From positions 141,367,741 through 141,431,740 of the forward strand of contig CM041465.1 of NCBI GenBank assembly GCA_023213395.1: DNA of 64,000 bases, read 5' to 3'. Below, piece by piece: positions 1 through 12,575 of the stretch. Position 1 is the first letter of the stretch. Each line of letters begins with the position of its first letter. The DNA comes from Cycas panzhihuaensis. Taxonomy: Eukaryota > Plantae > Cycadophyta. The position numbers and the translations under genes were made by a program. The notes under the pieces were generated by a model. The model made no database searches. It saw only the letters and a list, made by a program, of their open reading frames with translations, and was not told the DNA's origin.

Positions 1-512
1 GCTTGTCATCTAACCTAAGAGATGAGGTTTCTCCACTAGGATCTCAAGCTGACACCAAAGATCTTCTTATACAATAAGACTCATTAAGTTAGATGTCGGA
101 GCTTGAAAAAGTCAAACTATAGGCAGAAGCTTTAATTATCTTGTTCTCTTCCAACCCTAACATGATGGAACATGTGCTTATGGACTGGACATTATGGGTA
201 ACTGCACCTATTTTAATTCAATGTGCCCTATTGGGCTTTTTGGATTGCTTGGTATCTATGCATCTATATAGAAATCACAATTTGATTATATTGCACCAAG
301 TTAATCTTATGTAGTAGTTGTTAGTTATGAGATAATCAAAACCACCTCACCTTATTTTTAGTAATCCCTGTCATTTTAGTTTCAACAATTGAATTCATGT
401 GTAATCATGGTACTAGGATTAAGAACTGAAGATTGGTCTAAACCTAGATGAGCATAAGGACTCAAGTGAAACTTCAAAAGGTTTTCTGTATGAACTCTTC
501 GCTTTAGATATC

Positions 513-752
513 ATGGAATCTCCTTGGCTTAAATCCTTCAATGCCATTCTCATTGCCCCTGTTGAAGTAAAGAGTTGTAAAATGGCTTATGATTTATATT
601 TGGATATAAATAGATTTGGTATATTTTCCAACCTGAAAACTTATAATATCATCATTAAGGACATTTGTGAAATGGGTTATCTTGAGTCTGCATGCTTATT
701 CTTGGATAGGATGAATAAATATGGGTTTCAACCTAATAATACTATAACATAT
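513..752 (+). pseudogene. Pentatricopeptide-repeat (PPR) gene fragment, about two P-type motifs
   Basis: KSFNAILIAPVEVKSCKMAYDLYLDINRFGIFSN / LKTYNIIIKDICEMGYLESACLFLDRMNKYGFQPN / TITY follows the 35-aa PPR pattern (TYN..I...C..G....A...D.M...G..PN); similarity ends after TITY and no full gene context is visible. Confidence 0.7.
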
Positions 753-1736
753 AGGCACCATAGAACATATCACAGAGTTGATCAACATATTAAAATTTAT
801 AGAAATGGAAGTCGAAGGAGCTAAAAAACTATTGTAGGATATACATTTTTTGATAACAAAAGATCTTTTTTTTTTTTTTAGTTGTAAAAAAATATTAGAC
901 AAAATACTTTGGTGGCCTCATATCGAGTAGTAGATCCTTGAGACAATACTCCTATAAATTCCTCGAGACTGAGGCTTAAATATCCATAATAAAACATGTT
1001 ATCTTAGATTTCCTCACTCATTAGTGGTAACCTAGAATCTCCTTTATCTTATCTTTAATAGAACTCAATGCTAGCGAGGGCTTTAAAATGTTTTACTTAG
1101 AATGGACAATGGCGTGTGAACCAGCCAATTTTATGCCATGGTCCAATCCTTTTAATCTTTGAGATTGTATAACAATCAATAACTATAGCAATAACATTCA
1201 CAACTAAAGTTACAAATAATTATCACAAGATATAATTTTTTTAATAGCAGATAAACATCTTCTACAGGGTGATCAAGCCTATAACATATGTAAAATTTGC
1301 CCTTCTTTTTCTTTAAAAAAATTTACTTTTATGATTATAAATAACACACCTACATGCTTAGGAAATAGGCCCACATACACCATGAAATCTAGTCACAAAA
1401 GCATATAACTACAACTTCAAATCCTTCAGAAAATAATCTTAAAAAATCTTTAAACATCTTCAAGATAGCCTTTGATTAGAAGCTCTAAGGTTCAAAACAT
1501 CCCTTAAATAATATCAAAACAACCCTTTAAAATTTGAAATAGCCCTAAATATCTCAAAAAATAGTCCCTTTAAAAAATATGCATAGGTTGGGTTCAAATA
1601 ACTTAAAATGATCTTTAATTAACAATGATTAGGTCATAAAACATGCATAACAAAAATTTGACAAGGCTTCTAAAAGAAATCTAAAGGATAATATATACAA
1701 GATTCTACAATAATGCCTTCAAGAATTCAACTTTGG

Positions 1737-2056
1737 GTTCTGATACCATGTTAAAAATTGAAACTACAATATATACAAAGGATAATAGTGAGTTAAAGAT
1801 ATAATAATGAATAATAAATAAAATAAAATATGTACAACAAATGAACACAGATATGGAGTATTAACCAAAACTCAAACTAGAAAGAATGATAGTATACATA
1901 CTTATAGTACAAGCTCACCATTAGTGAGAGAACCTCATTGGTCAATCTAGAGGTGGCACACATCTTTATATAGCCCACAACCTCAAATATAAAATACACA
2001 TAATGTAGAGAGAGATTACATGGGGGTAATTATGTAATTGGGTATTACACCCAACA
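1737..2056 (-). mobile_element. 5' LTR (1749-2056) plus tRNA-Met PBS (1737-1748) of a minus-strand LTR element inserted into the Tat RT
   Basis: TGTTAA...CCAACA termini; adjacent gttctgatacca reads TGGTATCAGAAC on minus; the partner LTR is not in the window. Confidence 0.65.
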
Positions 2057-2059
2057 CCT

Positions 2060-4168
2060 ATCATGTTGTTAAGAAAATCATATCTATAAGCTTAGAATTA
2101 TCTTTAAACGATGCTAAAAATATTAACTTTGCTTAAATCCCAACAAGTGCATCTTTACAGTAACTTCTATAAAGATGTTCAACAACATCATATCCAAATA
2201 TGGTATCAAGATTGATCTTAACAAAGTTATAACTATCCTTGAAATGACTCCACCTTGTACCCAAAAATAAGTCAAGTCCTTGCTAGAGAGATTTGGCTTT
2301 CTACATTGATTTCCTGTTGATTTTTCTCTCAATGCTAAACCCTTAATCAACCTTCTCAAGAAAGGTGCTTCTATTAAATAGACCCTAACTACCTAAGATT
2401 CTTTTATTAAATTCAAATAAGCCTTGATATTAACTCTCATACTTTCCCTACCATGTTTCAACAAATCATTCATTTTATATATTTCTTCTATCAAGGAATC
2501 TCTTAGTGCCATGTTAGCCTAAGAAGATGAGTTTGTAAGAGAGTGAGCAATTTACTTTATTATTCATACTTTGATGGTTATAGATCTTAAGTTGTTTATA
2601 TAAAAAAAAAATTATTTAGATTTGGTCTATGCCATAAAAGAATCTACCATATTACTTATTTAGTAATACTACCATTATGATTGTATAGTCTAAACTAGCC
2701 TGTCTTCTCCTCATCAAGATTGACCTTACCAGATGAGCTGGTAGATGGGCTTTATTATTATAAGAATTTGACTTATAAATACTTAATTACAAGTGAAAAA
2801 ATAAAATGGTCATTATTGAGTAGCTTACTTTAGCACCACTTCTTAATCATGATTCTATTACTATCATTAACTCACTCCTAGATGAACATATCCTTTAATT
2901 TGACATTGTTCCCACTAACCCAAACAAATATAAAGATATTAAAGCTTACCTCTCAGACTAGTTGTATCCTCCTAATGTTAATTCTAATAAGAGAAGAAGG
3001 GTAAGGTCCTTTGCTCACTAATACCTCCTCTTAGATAATATCTTATATAAGCATTCCTTTGACAGTTTTTTATTACAATGTATTTCACTATCTAAACCTT
3101 AAGTTGGCCTAATTGATTGCCATGGTGATATCCTTAGAGGCTACTTTGGTGGCTAGTTCATAGTATTATGCATCCTTTGAATGAGCTCTTATTGGTCTAC
3201 TCTATTTAAAGATCCACATTTGAATATATAAAAGTGTAATAATACTAAGGACACTCATCCCTAATTTGTTAACCAATGACTGCACATAGGTCAATCCTCT
3301 TCCCATGGCCCTTTTCTCAATAGGGCCTTGACCTTCTTAGACAAATTTATCCTCCAAACTTTATGGGCCACAAGTTTATCTTAATTATAGTTGAATACTT
3401 TATAAAATGGAGCAAAGCAATTCCCTTGACTATCATAACTAGGAGGGTGATTGTTGCTTTCATCTTCCAACATATCATCTGTAGATTTGGTGCCCTTTGT
3501 ATTGTCATTATAGATAATGAGACTTTATTTTATAACTCTTATGTTGATAAGCTTTGTGATAAGTTTCATACCACACACAAAATATCATAACCTTGTCACT
3601 CATAAGCAAATGATCAAATCGAAGCCTTTAACAAAGCCTTGATATAGATCTTAGTTAAAATAGTTGCCAACTCCTAATGATATTATCACACTCAACTTTT
3701 TCCTACCTTATGGGCTTATTGCACTTCCATTAGAATTATGCCTGGGATGACCCTACTCTCGCTAGTCTATGGGACCGAAGCTATGCTCCCTTTAGAAATA
3801 GAGATTTCTTCAATTGGGGTCTCACTTAAACGCTTCATCAATAAGGAATGGCTAAGATAGGCAAGGCTATTAGAACTTGAAAAGATAGATAAGAACTATT
3901 TTGAAGCCTATGAAAAGAACTTTGCCTCAAAGAATTAAGCCCAAGTAACTCATGATTATTATTCAAGACTAAGGAAGTTTTATATAAGGGACAAAGCACT
4001 CAAGCTTAAATATTTACAAGAAAAACAACAAAAAATAAACTCCAAGTAAGAAGGCTCTTACTTGGTTATCAAAGACTTAAATAATGGGGCTTATCATCTC
4101 TCTCCTCTTAATGGACTTGAATTATAAAACTAATCAACTCTCAATTTTTGAGAAGGTATTATACCTAG
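2060..4168 (+). pseudogene. Gypsy (Tat/Athila-type) pol remnant: RT C-terminus, RNase H, integrase
   Basis: Manual translation: LNPNKCIF..IISKYGIKIDLNKV (RT thumb); FILYISS..SLSAMLA*ED..E*AIYF (RH); WPFSQ*GLDLL..HKFILIIVEYFIKWSKAIPL..IICRFG..IIDN (INT core); ends LRRYYT*; many stops. Confidence 0.85.
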
Positions 4169-5553
4169 CCACCCTAGGCCACATTTTGTAATAAGCCTAA
4201 ACTATAGTTTGGAAAAAACCTCCTTACTAATAATCCTAAACTATGGTAGGTTAAACACTCATATTTCCTCCAAGACTCATATTTAGGGAGAACCACTTCA
4301 AAAACACATATAAACTAAATATATACAGATCTTTATCTCAAAAAAATAAAACACTATAAAATCTTTAAATAACAAAAACATTCTTATTTCTTTCCCTTTT
4401 CCCTACTTTGGTTAAGCCTTCCAATCTTTTACCTACTCCCTACTTGGCTCAACATGATGGTCTTTAATTATCAACACAACTAGTCAACATCTCTATTTGG
4501 TATTCCATTATACCCAAACAGCTCCTTTTACTTCAAAATAAGCTACATATATCCATAATACTATTACTTTTTCTTATTTCCTTTAGTTAGTAGATAGTTC
4601 TTTTTACATTTTCAATAATTAAAACATCTTTTAGCTCTTAATTAGCTAGATAGTTAAGCATTTAATAGTCTCCTTATCTACCCTTTACTACCTATAGGTT
4701 ATCTCTTTGTAAGTGGAACTCTAGTTATACAAGTGACCATAAATTGTCCTTCTCCCCTTTGGTGCACTAGGTACCTAGTTTCAAAGCAAGCCCCTTTGGT
4801 AGTAGCCCTCCTACTCCTTGGTAGTTAGTTGTTAAGGCCATCTCCTTTGACCCTAAGAGATACTTTAATTGAACATCCTATAAATACTCATAGCTCATCT
4901 CATAAGAGCATGACCTTAATCTATTTATCACCTATACTTTCTTGGATTTTAATACCCCGTGGTTTAGATAATCATAACTATACTCTCTAAAGTTATTAGT
5001 CATCCCATCCACTATACCTTGATGAAGATCGTGTGATGATTGTAGTCACTTGTCCTTTAGTAAGCATGAGGGAAAATGAGATGCATCATCTAGAAAGTTT
5101 ATTCAATGATGTCAAGTTCATCACCTTTATTTGAACTACCATATAGACTAACACCCTCCCCATAAATAAAAAGAGAGAATTAAGAAAAAAGATATAAAAA
5201 AATTCTTGTGTATAGATATTAGTGTCCTCTTGGCATCATGGGCAACTTGTGTGTCAACTTCATGATCATCTACAATATGCACTCAAATCCAATTGTGTAC
5301 ATCATTTAAGTGCTTATAATCTAATTACTTAGGCCTAATGTAACCTCAATTATGATCAAAACATGTGTGACATTTAAGAGGTTATATATTAGCTTTAGAA
5401 AAGGTAGTCATAATGATGAAACTAAACTATGGGGTTTATGTCTTTCACACCTCTAGGTTGTGTCATTTAAGTTAGGTGGCACCCTTAATAATTGATTCCT
5501 ACACCTTCCCCCTATTTATCAATATGTCTGTGAGTTTTTTGCTCTTTCTTATT

Positions 5554-5952
5554 ATGGCTTTAAACATATATACTAATGGTAGGAGCTAAGGGAACCTAGG
5601 AGTTTATTTTAAAACATGGATCATCCATGACTATGAGGGAACTATCCTTAATAATGTTAACTTTCTCATACCAAAAGTAACTTATAATATAGCAAAATAT
5701 TTAGTTTTCATTGGAGCTCTTACTAATGTTCTTAACTTCCATGATGGACCCATCAATCTAGTTTTAAATTTTTAAATTGTAGCATACTAACTCACTCATT
5801 TTTATCAAACTCATTTGAGCTGCATGCATCACTTGCTCAGTACTATCATCTCTTTACTATTATAATTTATATCTATCACTATTCAACATATCTTAAGGAC
5901 CCAAAATATTGAATCTGACTCACTTGCTTCCTATTTAATTGATAAACATTAA
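5554..5952 (+). pseudogene. Stand-alone archaeal-type RNase H (aRH) ORF, degenerate
   Basis: One frame of 133 codons from ATG to TAA with 4 internal stops: MALNIYTNGRS*GNLG..TYNIAKY..IGAL..LNF*IVAY*L..HILRTQNIESDSLAS, matching YTDGxSRGNPG / TNNxAEY / DSQLV..Q / HIPRExNxxADxLA after mainly G>A and C>T decay. Confidence 0.8.
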
Positions 5953-6054
5953 TTATAGCCTAGTCATGATAAGTTGGGGACATTTCTTACTTTGAATTTG
6001 AATCAGAATAATCTACTTTTCCCTTAAGAATTGTGCTTGGGGGTGTTTCCTCTT

Positions 6055-6487
6055 TGTAATGAGTATAAACTATGACTCTAAAAATCCATTTATGAAATAA
6101 TCTAAACTATAATAGTCATATCCACCTATTGTAATAGATCCCTCACTTTGTAATGAGAGTAAACTATGGCTCTGAAGGTCTCACCTGCTAAAGAGCCTAA
6201 ACTATGGCAGTCCCAATTACATACTTGTAATGGGTGTCACCTCTTTGAAGCCTCATAGTCTCACTCACTTAAGAGACATAAGATGGTCACTAATGAGGTA
6301 AAACTATGGTGACCACCCCTCTAAAACTTTGTAGTCTTATTCACTTAAGAGATGTGAGATTGTCACTAAAGATATAAAACTATGGTGACCACATCCCTTT
6401 GAAAATTAACTATAGATGAGGCAAAATTATGGTGAGTCTTAATACCTCTAAAAATCAACCACTAACGAGGCTAAATTATGGTAGGTT
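6055..6487 (+). repeat. Array of an 18-nt motif (T[G/A]ANGAGNN[T/A]AAACTATG), several copies as the loop of a short hairpin
   Basis: About 7 copies here (e.g. 6189-6206, 6291-6308, 6367-6384, 6463-6480), plus copies at ~4189, 4228 and ~5414. Confidence 0.8.
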
Positions 6488-6625
6488 CAACCTTATGCAT
6501 AGGTTCTTTATATTTACAATGTAAAACATAAAAGTTAAAAAATAAAATCAAACTAGAAAAAAAAAAAACTTAAAAAATCAAATATTTCTTTCTAAACATT
6601 TAGTCTAGGAAAATAGGTAGAAGTA

Positions 6626-9150
6626 TATCAAGCTACCATAATCAACACTACTCATTCACCCCATCTATACTTCCTTTAATTATCTACATCTTCATCCTTT
6701 TAAACAACTCAATGGATAGTCTAGCTAGCCTAAGTTCTTAAACAACTCATTTTCAGTAAGGTTGCCAACATTCACCATCCTACTCCAACTTATTCATAGA
6801 GCTTCCACTAGCAAGTGGATAAATATTTCAACTAACTATGCCCTTTTTTGACATTAACCAAGTCTCATGCCCTTTTTGTTTATTACTTGAGTTTAACTAC
6901 ATGATTGCATGGTGATCTAGTGACTACATGATATGATGGTTGAGTGATTTCATATTGATTATGCCTATGCTTGACCAAAATTATTAATGATGTAAAGATC
7001 ATAAAAGTGGCTAATAAATCTAACTTATTCTAGCCTCCTTTAGAGCTCTAGCCAACTTCTATCATTCATTTTTTTCTAGCTTGTTTTTGACTTGATAAAT
7101 TTGTCACATTTACTTATTTTTCCCTTTGAGTTCAATTTTATGACAAATTGCCATTTTTTTATTTAAGACATTGCTCTATGATATGTTTTCCTTTGATTTT
7201 TTTTTTTTTCTAATGAAACCCCTTTTTTCATTATTCATATTTTTCACTAAAGGTCATATTTTTAGTATTACTAAAAATGTAGCCTTCTTTATAGAATGTA
7301 AACTCCATATAACTAAAAATGTGATCATCTCTTTATTGTATTTTTAATATACTATTGGTCGTAATTTTTACTTATAGTTTTCACTGTTGGTCATAGTTTT
7401 TGTATTCTAGCATAGAAAATAAATGTGTAGTAGTAGGTCATTTTTTCCTTACATGTAGATGTTAGATTATAGGAAACCATGACTCTACCTCCCCACCATT
7501 CTGACTTTCCTCCATCTATTTTTCTTTTATAAAAACTCATCATTTTTCTTAAGTAAGGGAAGGAGATTAATTGAAGTAATGTAGTGCTACTAGAATCCTA
7601 ACTCACACTTGTAACCCTTATTTAGACCTTGTGGATACTTTTCTAAAGCTAAGTTTAAAGTTATTTATTAGAGCAAATAGAGACTTATAGTTGAATCTGC
7701 TTCTTTTCTCTCTCTCTCTTTCTCTTTTGGCTTCCTCTATCCTTCACATCCCCCCTCCTTCTTTAAGTGTTATCTTATACTCTTTTCCTTTTTTCTCCTT
7801 TTGTCACTTTCAACCAATTTAGAGGCTTAGTTTAGAGGACTTAGATAAGCAAGATACTAATTTAAGGCACAACTTCTCATTCTCCTCAAGTAGGTAACTC
7901 TTTCTTGGTAAGTTAGTGTGTTTAATTTCAAATTATTTTTAGATTTCATTGCTTATTTTTTTCCCAAAAAGAATAGAAGAAAATAATTTAGGTTAATATT
8001 TTAGTTAATTTACATTAAAGATTGGCTTTCTTATATCAATCTTTTTATTAGTTTATAGTTCTCGATTTCTTGGAGTCTTATTTTTAGAGTGGATAACTCA
8101 TAAGTTCATAAACTCCTACTCATAACTTGGTGAGATCTCCATACACATAGCCTTTGCGCTTAGGAGTCAACTAAGGAGATGAGTGGTTTAGCTTGGGAAC
8201 ACGGGTTTCAATGGTTGAAATCCTCCTTCTATAGGGTTCTAGCCTCCCTTTCACCTCTCTCTTTGTCTCTCATAATCCTCTAGGTACAACCAAGATGTTA
8301 TTAGGGTTTTAAGAATTTTTGTTGATTGTAAAAAATAAGAAAGGACTTTAGGACATTCCTTTATCATAGTCTCTAATATTTATTATAGCTAGCATAAATA
8401 TTTCACTTATATTAAAGCCTTTCTTAGAGAACAAAGACATAATTCAAAGGATTTTGCAGCTAGAGATTAGAACTAGGTATAGGCATCTTCTTTATCTTTC
8501 TTCACCTCTAAGTGTGAAAACCCTTACAACTAGGTACATGCATCCTTAAGTTGTCCATCCTCATGGATGGATCATTATTAGGTGAGAGAGTCCCTAGCAA
8601 CTAACCCATAATAAGGTCATTAATTCAAAGTTTGAGATCTCTTAGGTCCTTACACTCATTTGTCCTCCTACACTTTAGATTATTTTAACATAGAATTTTG
8701 ATCCTTTAGATAGAATAATGGTCTGAGTTTCAACTTTTCCTTCTAAAGAAAACATTTTGGAGGGTAAATAAACAAGAAGCCTTAGGTTATATATTTAGGG
8801 GCAAAGTTCCCTTATTGATCTTTCTATTTGTTAGGAGGTTGTTTAATCTTTTCCTTAATAAGAATAGGGCCTTGTTTATTTGTTTGGATTTGCTTAGTTA
8901 ATCATCTTTCTTAGCTTAAGTATGTTATTATTTGGCTTTTCATTAATTTATTATTTAAACATAGAAATTAACAAATAATAACCCTTGAAAACTTATACAT
9001 ATCCATCCAACACACACTTAGGGAATTGTCCATTTTCATCAAGAGAAGGGATGAGGGTTACCCTTAAGTTTTATCACCTAAGACCTTATTTCCTTATACT
9101 CATCTTGTATGGTTTATCTTAAGTCTTCTTAGGTGACTTGACCTAAGTCC
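6626..9150 (+). repeat. Long 3' LTR (~2.5 kb) of the Tat-type element
   Basis: Begins TATCAAGCTACC (decayed TGTCAAGCCACC) after a purine tract; colinear with the reverse complement of 58942-62224; 3' end appears truncated near 9150. Confidence 0.7.
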
Positions 9151-9519
9151 CCTAAACTAGTTAGAGCTCTAATATCAACTACTAAAAGTGTTTGAATTTA
9201 TGAAATCAATTTGATACCATGATAAAGAAATAATTGATAGGATATTAAACAATTGAATATAAACAAATAGTTAACATAATGTAATAAATAAAATAATATT
9301 AGGATTATAAATAGTATCATAGTATACCTTCATTTTTTAATTTTTTAGAACATTGCATGATAAACGATACAATCTTATGTACTAATGATGTCTTCATATA
9401 ATAGAACTTATTTTTAGTATATGGCCCATTATTTCAATGGCTTATATAGATAAATGTATATTAGAATATTATCTCCTTATTTTTCTCTAATATGTTAATA
9501 TTCTAATGTTTCTTTGAAT

Positions 9520-10387
9520 TTCTAATGGTTAATTTTGAAAAAATTCTTAAAAATGATATCTAGAACCTAGTCTTCAATTTGATATTAAGTTTCAAGTTGC
9601 CCTTTAAGTTATCTTTGTTATATCAACTCTCAAATATAGTGATGATGATTGACTATGATATGCTTCATTTTTCTTTATGAACTTGAGTTCTTCATTAACT
9701 ATATAATATTTTGAATATCATACTAAATTTCTATAGGTTCAATCAAGTAAATAGCTTGATGTAGATCTTGTAGTGCCTCTCTCAGGTAAACTATTTTAGG
9801 AACTTCTATTTCAACTTCTTTATTTTGAATCACAGGAATATTGCTTGGATTAAACTCAATCATAATCTATTTAAATTCATCAGCTTGCAAATTATTCTCA
9901 TCATTTGAATAATCAGAATCATAAATGGATTCCTTAATAATAGCCTCATCATATTCAACATACTTAGTAACATCAGTCTCATCAATAGTATATTCAATAA
10001 TGTATTTAGTAGTAGTAGATTCATCAACAATGTTATCAACCATGCTCTCTTGACATACCTTCTTATTATATTTTTAGCATACCTTCTCCATATGAGCTTT
10101 TGTATTTACTTGAGAATTTTAATTACTTGTAGTATTACCTTGAGGTAGAATTTGAAAATTTCTTTGAGAATTGGGCCTCTTAAATCTTTCTTTTAAATGC
10201 GTGATTGAGGTAACAGGTTCATCAACTTGTTCTAATTTATTTCTATCTTCAACAATCACTAACTTTCCATCAAGTGGCTTGACATCTAGAGAAAAAATAG
10301 ATTTTAAAATATCCCATGTTTTCTTTACAGTAGTAGTATGATGTACATAAGAGAATACATTACTATCTAAAGTAGAGTAAATATAAC
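9520..10387 (-). pseudogene. Element A gag-like ORF, 3' part
   Basis: IYSTLDSNVFSYVHHTTTVKKTWDILKSIF (copia gag N-terminal domain), then an acidic region and a terminal ED*VLDIIFK..KFKE segment. Confidence 0.7.
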
Positions 10388-11846
10388 TATTACATGACCA
10401 CATGCAGCTAGCAAAATTGGGATATTAACACTCATGGTTAAAATACTAAGAGGTTAAGTATAAGTCATTAACTGTTATGTGTAGGTTATTAAAGGTACCA
10501 ATGAAATATAAGGTTGTTTGGCCTTCTAACAGTATTATAGAGGAAAGGCTCTATTTTGTCTATTTAAAGGCTATAAATTATAGAGGAAGGATGTTAAATA
10601 ATTATTTTCTCTTATGAGATTAGTACTTTAGTACTCTTTAGTTCTCTTTTATGTTTATTAGAGCTCATTAGTGTACTTCACTTCTATAATTTTAGTTCTC
10701 ATTAATAACATAAGTGATACATTTTCTTTTTACCTTTTCTATTATCATTTCTATGTATGAGAAAATTTGGGATTGTCATATCTCAAGTGGTATCAGACCT
10801 AGCTCAAAATCTAGTAAAAGTAACAAGCAAGGTCGAAGGAAGCTAAAGAAGAAGGGGAAATTTTCTTTTCCCTTAATAGATCATTATAAATCCTTCTTTG
10901 CAATTTTGATTTTATTTCAAAGTTCTATTCAAATTTGTCTTATGTCAGTCAAGCTATAAATAGGTAATAGAATCTCACTCATTGCTTCCCCTTTCCTTAA
11001 TGGATAAGTAGAGACCCTATGCTAGAGGTTTTTACATATCACAGTGATCAATCATTACTAAGATGAGCATATATGGCCATACATATATATATGAAACGAA
11101 GTGATATAATAATGCTTATGCAAGCTTTAGACAGAACTTGACTATGAAACTAAGCCTCCACATATCTTTAGGTATATCAAAGGACACCTATAGGTATACC
11201 TTGCCAACCTAGATTAGGAAACCTGTCAATCATTTATCCCTTTATAGTACATGAGTTAGCGGATAATGCTTGGAAGGTACTCTTTATGAACATCCCTACA
11301 TAGTTGTTGACCTTATATGGATGCACATTCCTCTATAGTTAGTACCTTGAGATATTGAGTCAAGTAATAATATCAATAAATAAGTTTATCAAAGGGCCTG
11401 TAGAGTTAAACTGAAGGAAACAATAATAGCAGGAGAACAGGGCAGAACATATATCAAATAACCATAAACTAATATTGCATCAATACATCAATGTATCACA
11501 ATCACAATAGCATAAAAACATGAAAGCCTTGTTGTTCAATCTATTATAGTAGAAATGAGCATTACAAATCTCCTCAAAGAAGGTAGTGTCTAAAGACACC
11601 AGGGTTGTACACCCCACAATATAAATAGTTTTGGGGGAGGAGGGAAACTCCTCAACCCCTGAATTTAAATTAATAATAAAATAATGTTCACTTAACTCAA
11701 ATGAAACTAACTCAACTTACCTTAACTTACCTTGATATGTTGAGCATCACATGTCTAAATTGAGGTGCACAAGCCTGGTAGGTAAGAGGGAGTTGAGTGA
11801 TAACATTACACTCCAACATTCTCCCCCTTAATGTTAGCACGAACAC

Positions 11847-12575
11847 TTATATCTTTTCCTTGAACTTGTGGAACTTGTACTTGAAAAAAACTTTGAAATT
11901 CTGATCTTGATCTTTATCAACTCTTCTCACCCTTATAGCCACATATGTCTCTTTATCATAGAATGATGTAGGAAAACTATAAGTAGATGAAACTTGATGT
12001 AAATGCAGATAAATAACTGTAATTTTGACTTTGTCAATTGGAACATTGAGAAGGCTTTGAACTTGAACTTTTGTAATCTTTATGCTTTGAATAACTGTCA
12101 TATCATCAAGTTCATTCTTTGTCATATCATCAAATTCATTCTTCGTTATGTCATAAGATTCATCTTCATGCTCCCCTTCAAATGGAGGATGAAATCCTTG
12201 TGCAACAAGGTGGTCCCGCATTTGATCTGAATCCTCATGGTTGTTGTCGTCACGATCTATCTGTTCTGTTGTCTGTCTCACATGCTCATCAAAAATTTCA
12301 TCAAATACATTGGGGGTATCTCCCCCATAAATGGAAATCAATAAATCCCAAACAGACTTAGATGTTGTTAATTCAGAAACTAGTGAAAAAACATCATCAA
12401 TCATAGTGCAAAATAATAAACCTAAAACTTAATTATTTTTTCTAAAATTTTCTTTAATGCTAAGGTCACATTCATGTTGTAAATACTTTAAAAGATCATG
12501 TTCAATAAAATAAGTTTACATGGTGTCATACCATAGTGAAAAGTTATGGCCATCAAAAATGGGGAATTGTGCCAT
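11847..12575 (-). pseudogene. Element C gag-like ORF (243 codons, two premature stops)
   Basis: MAQFPIFDGHNFSLW..KENFRKNN*VLGLLFCTMIDDVFSLVSELTTSKSVWDLLISIYGG, then a D/E-rich tail ending KFHKFKEKI. Confidence 0.8.

Larger units (their letters stand above)
2057..9150 (+). mobile_element. 3' part of a decayed Tat-clade Ty3/gypsy element (RT-RH-INT, separate aRH, repeat-rich 3' UTR, 3' LTR)
   Basis: Degenerate pol 2060-4168, aRH 5554-5952, purine-rich tract ~6607-6625, then a long LTR homologous to 58942-62224. Confidence 0.75.

Noticed and set aside
6185-6487. Hammerhead ribozyme or CRISPR-like array
   Set aside because: The CUGAUGA-like part is present only after assuming decay; there is no GAAA, stem II would be 3 nt and no UH cleavage site precedes the closing stem. 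Spacing is irregular, there are no cas genes and the context is plant TE DNA.
10119-10403. ORF start MWSCNS as a real N-terminus
   Set aside because: The first codons come from the B LTR; the true upstream part of this gag lies at 36827-37030.
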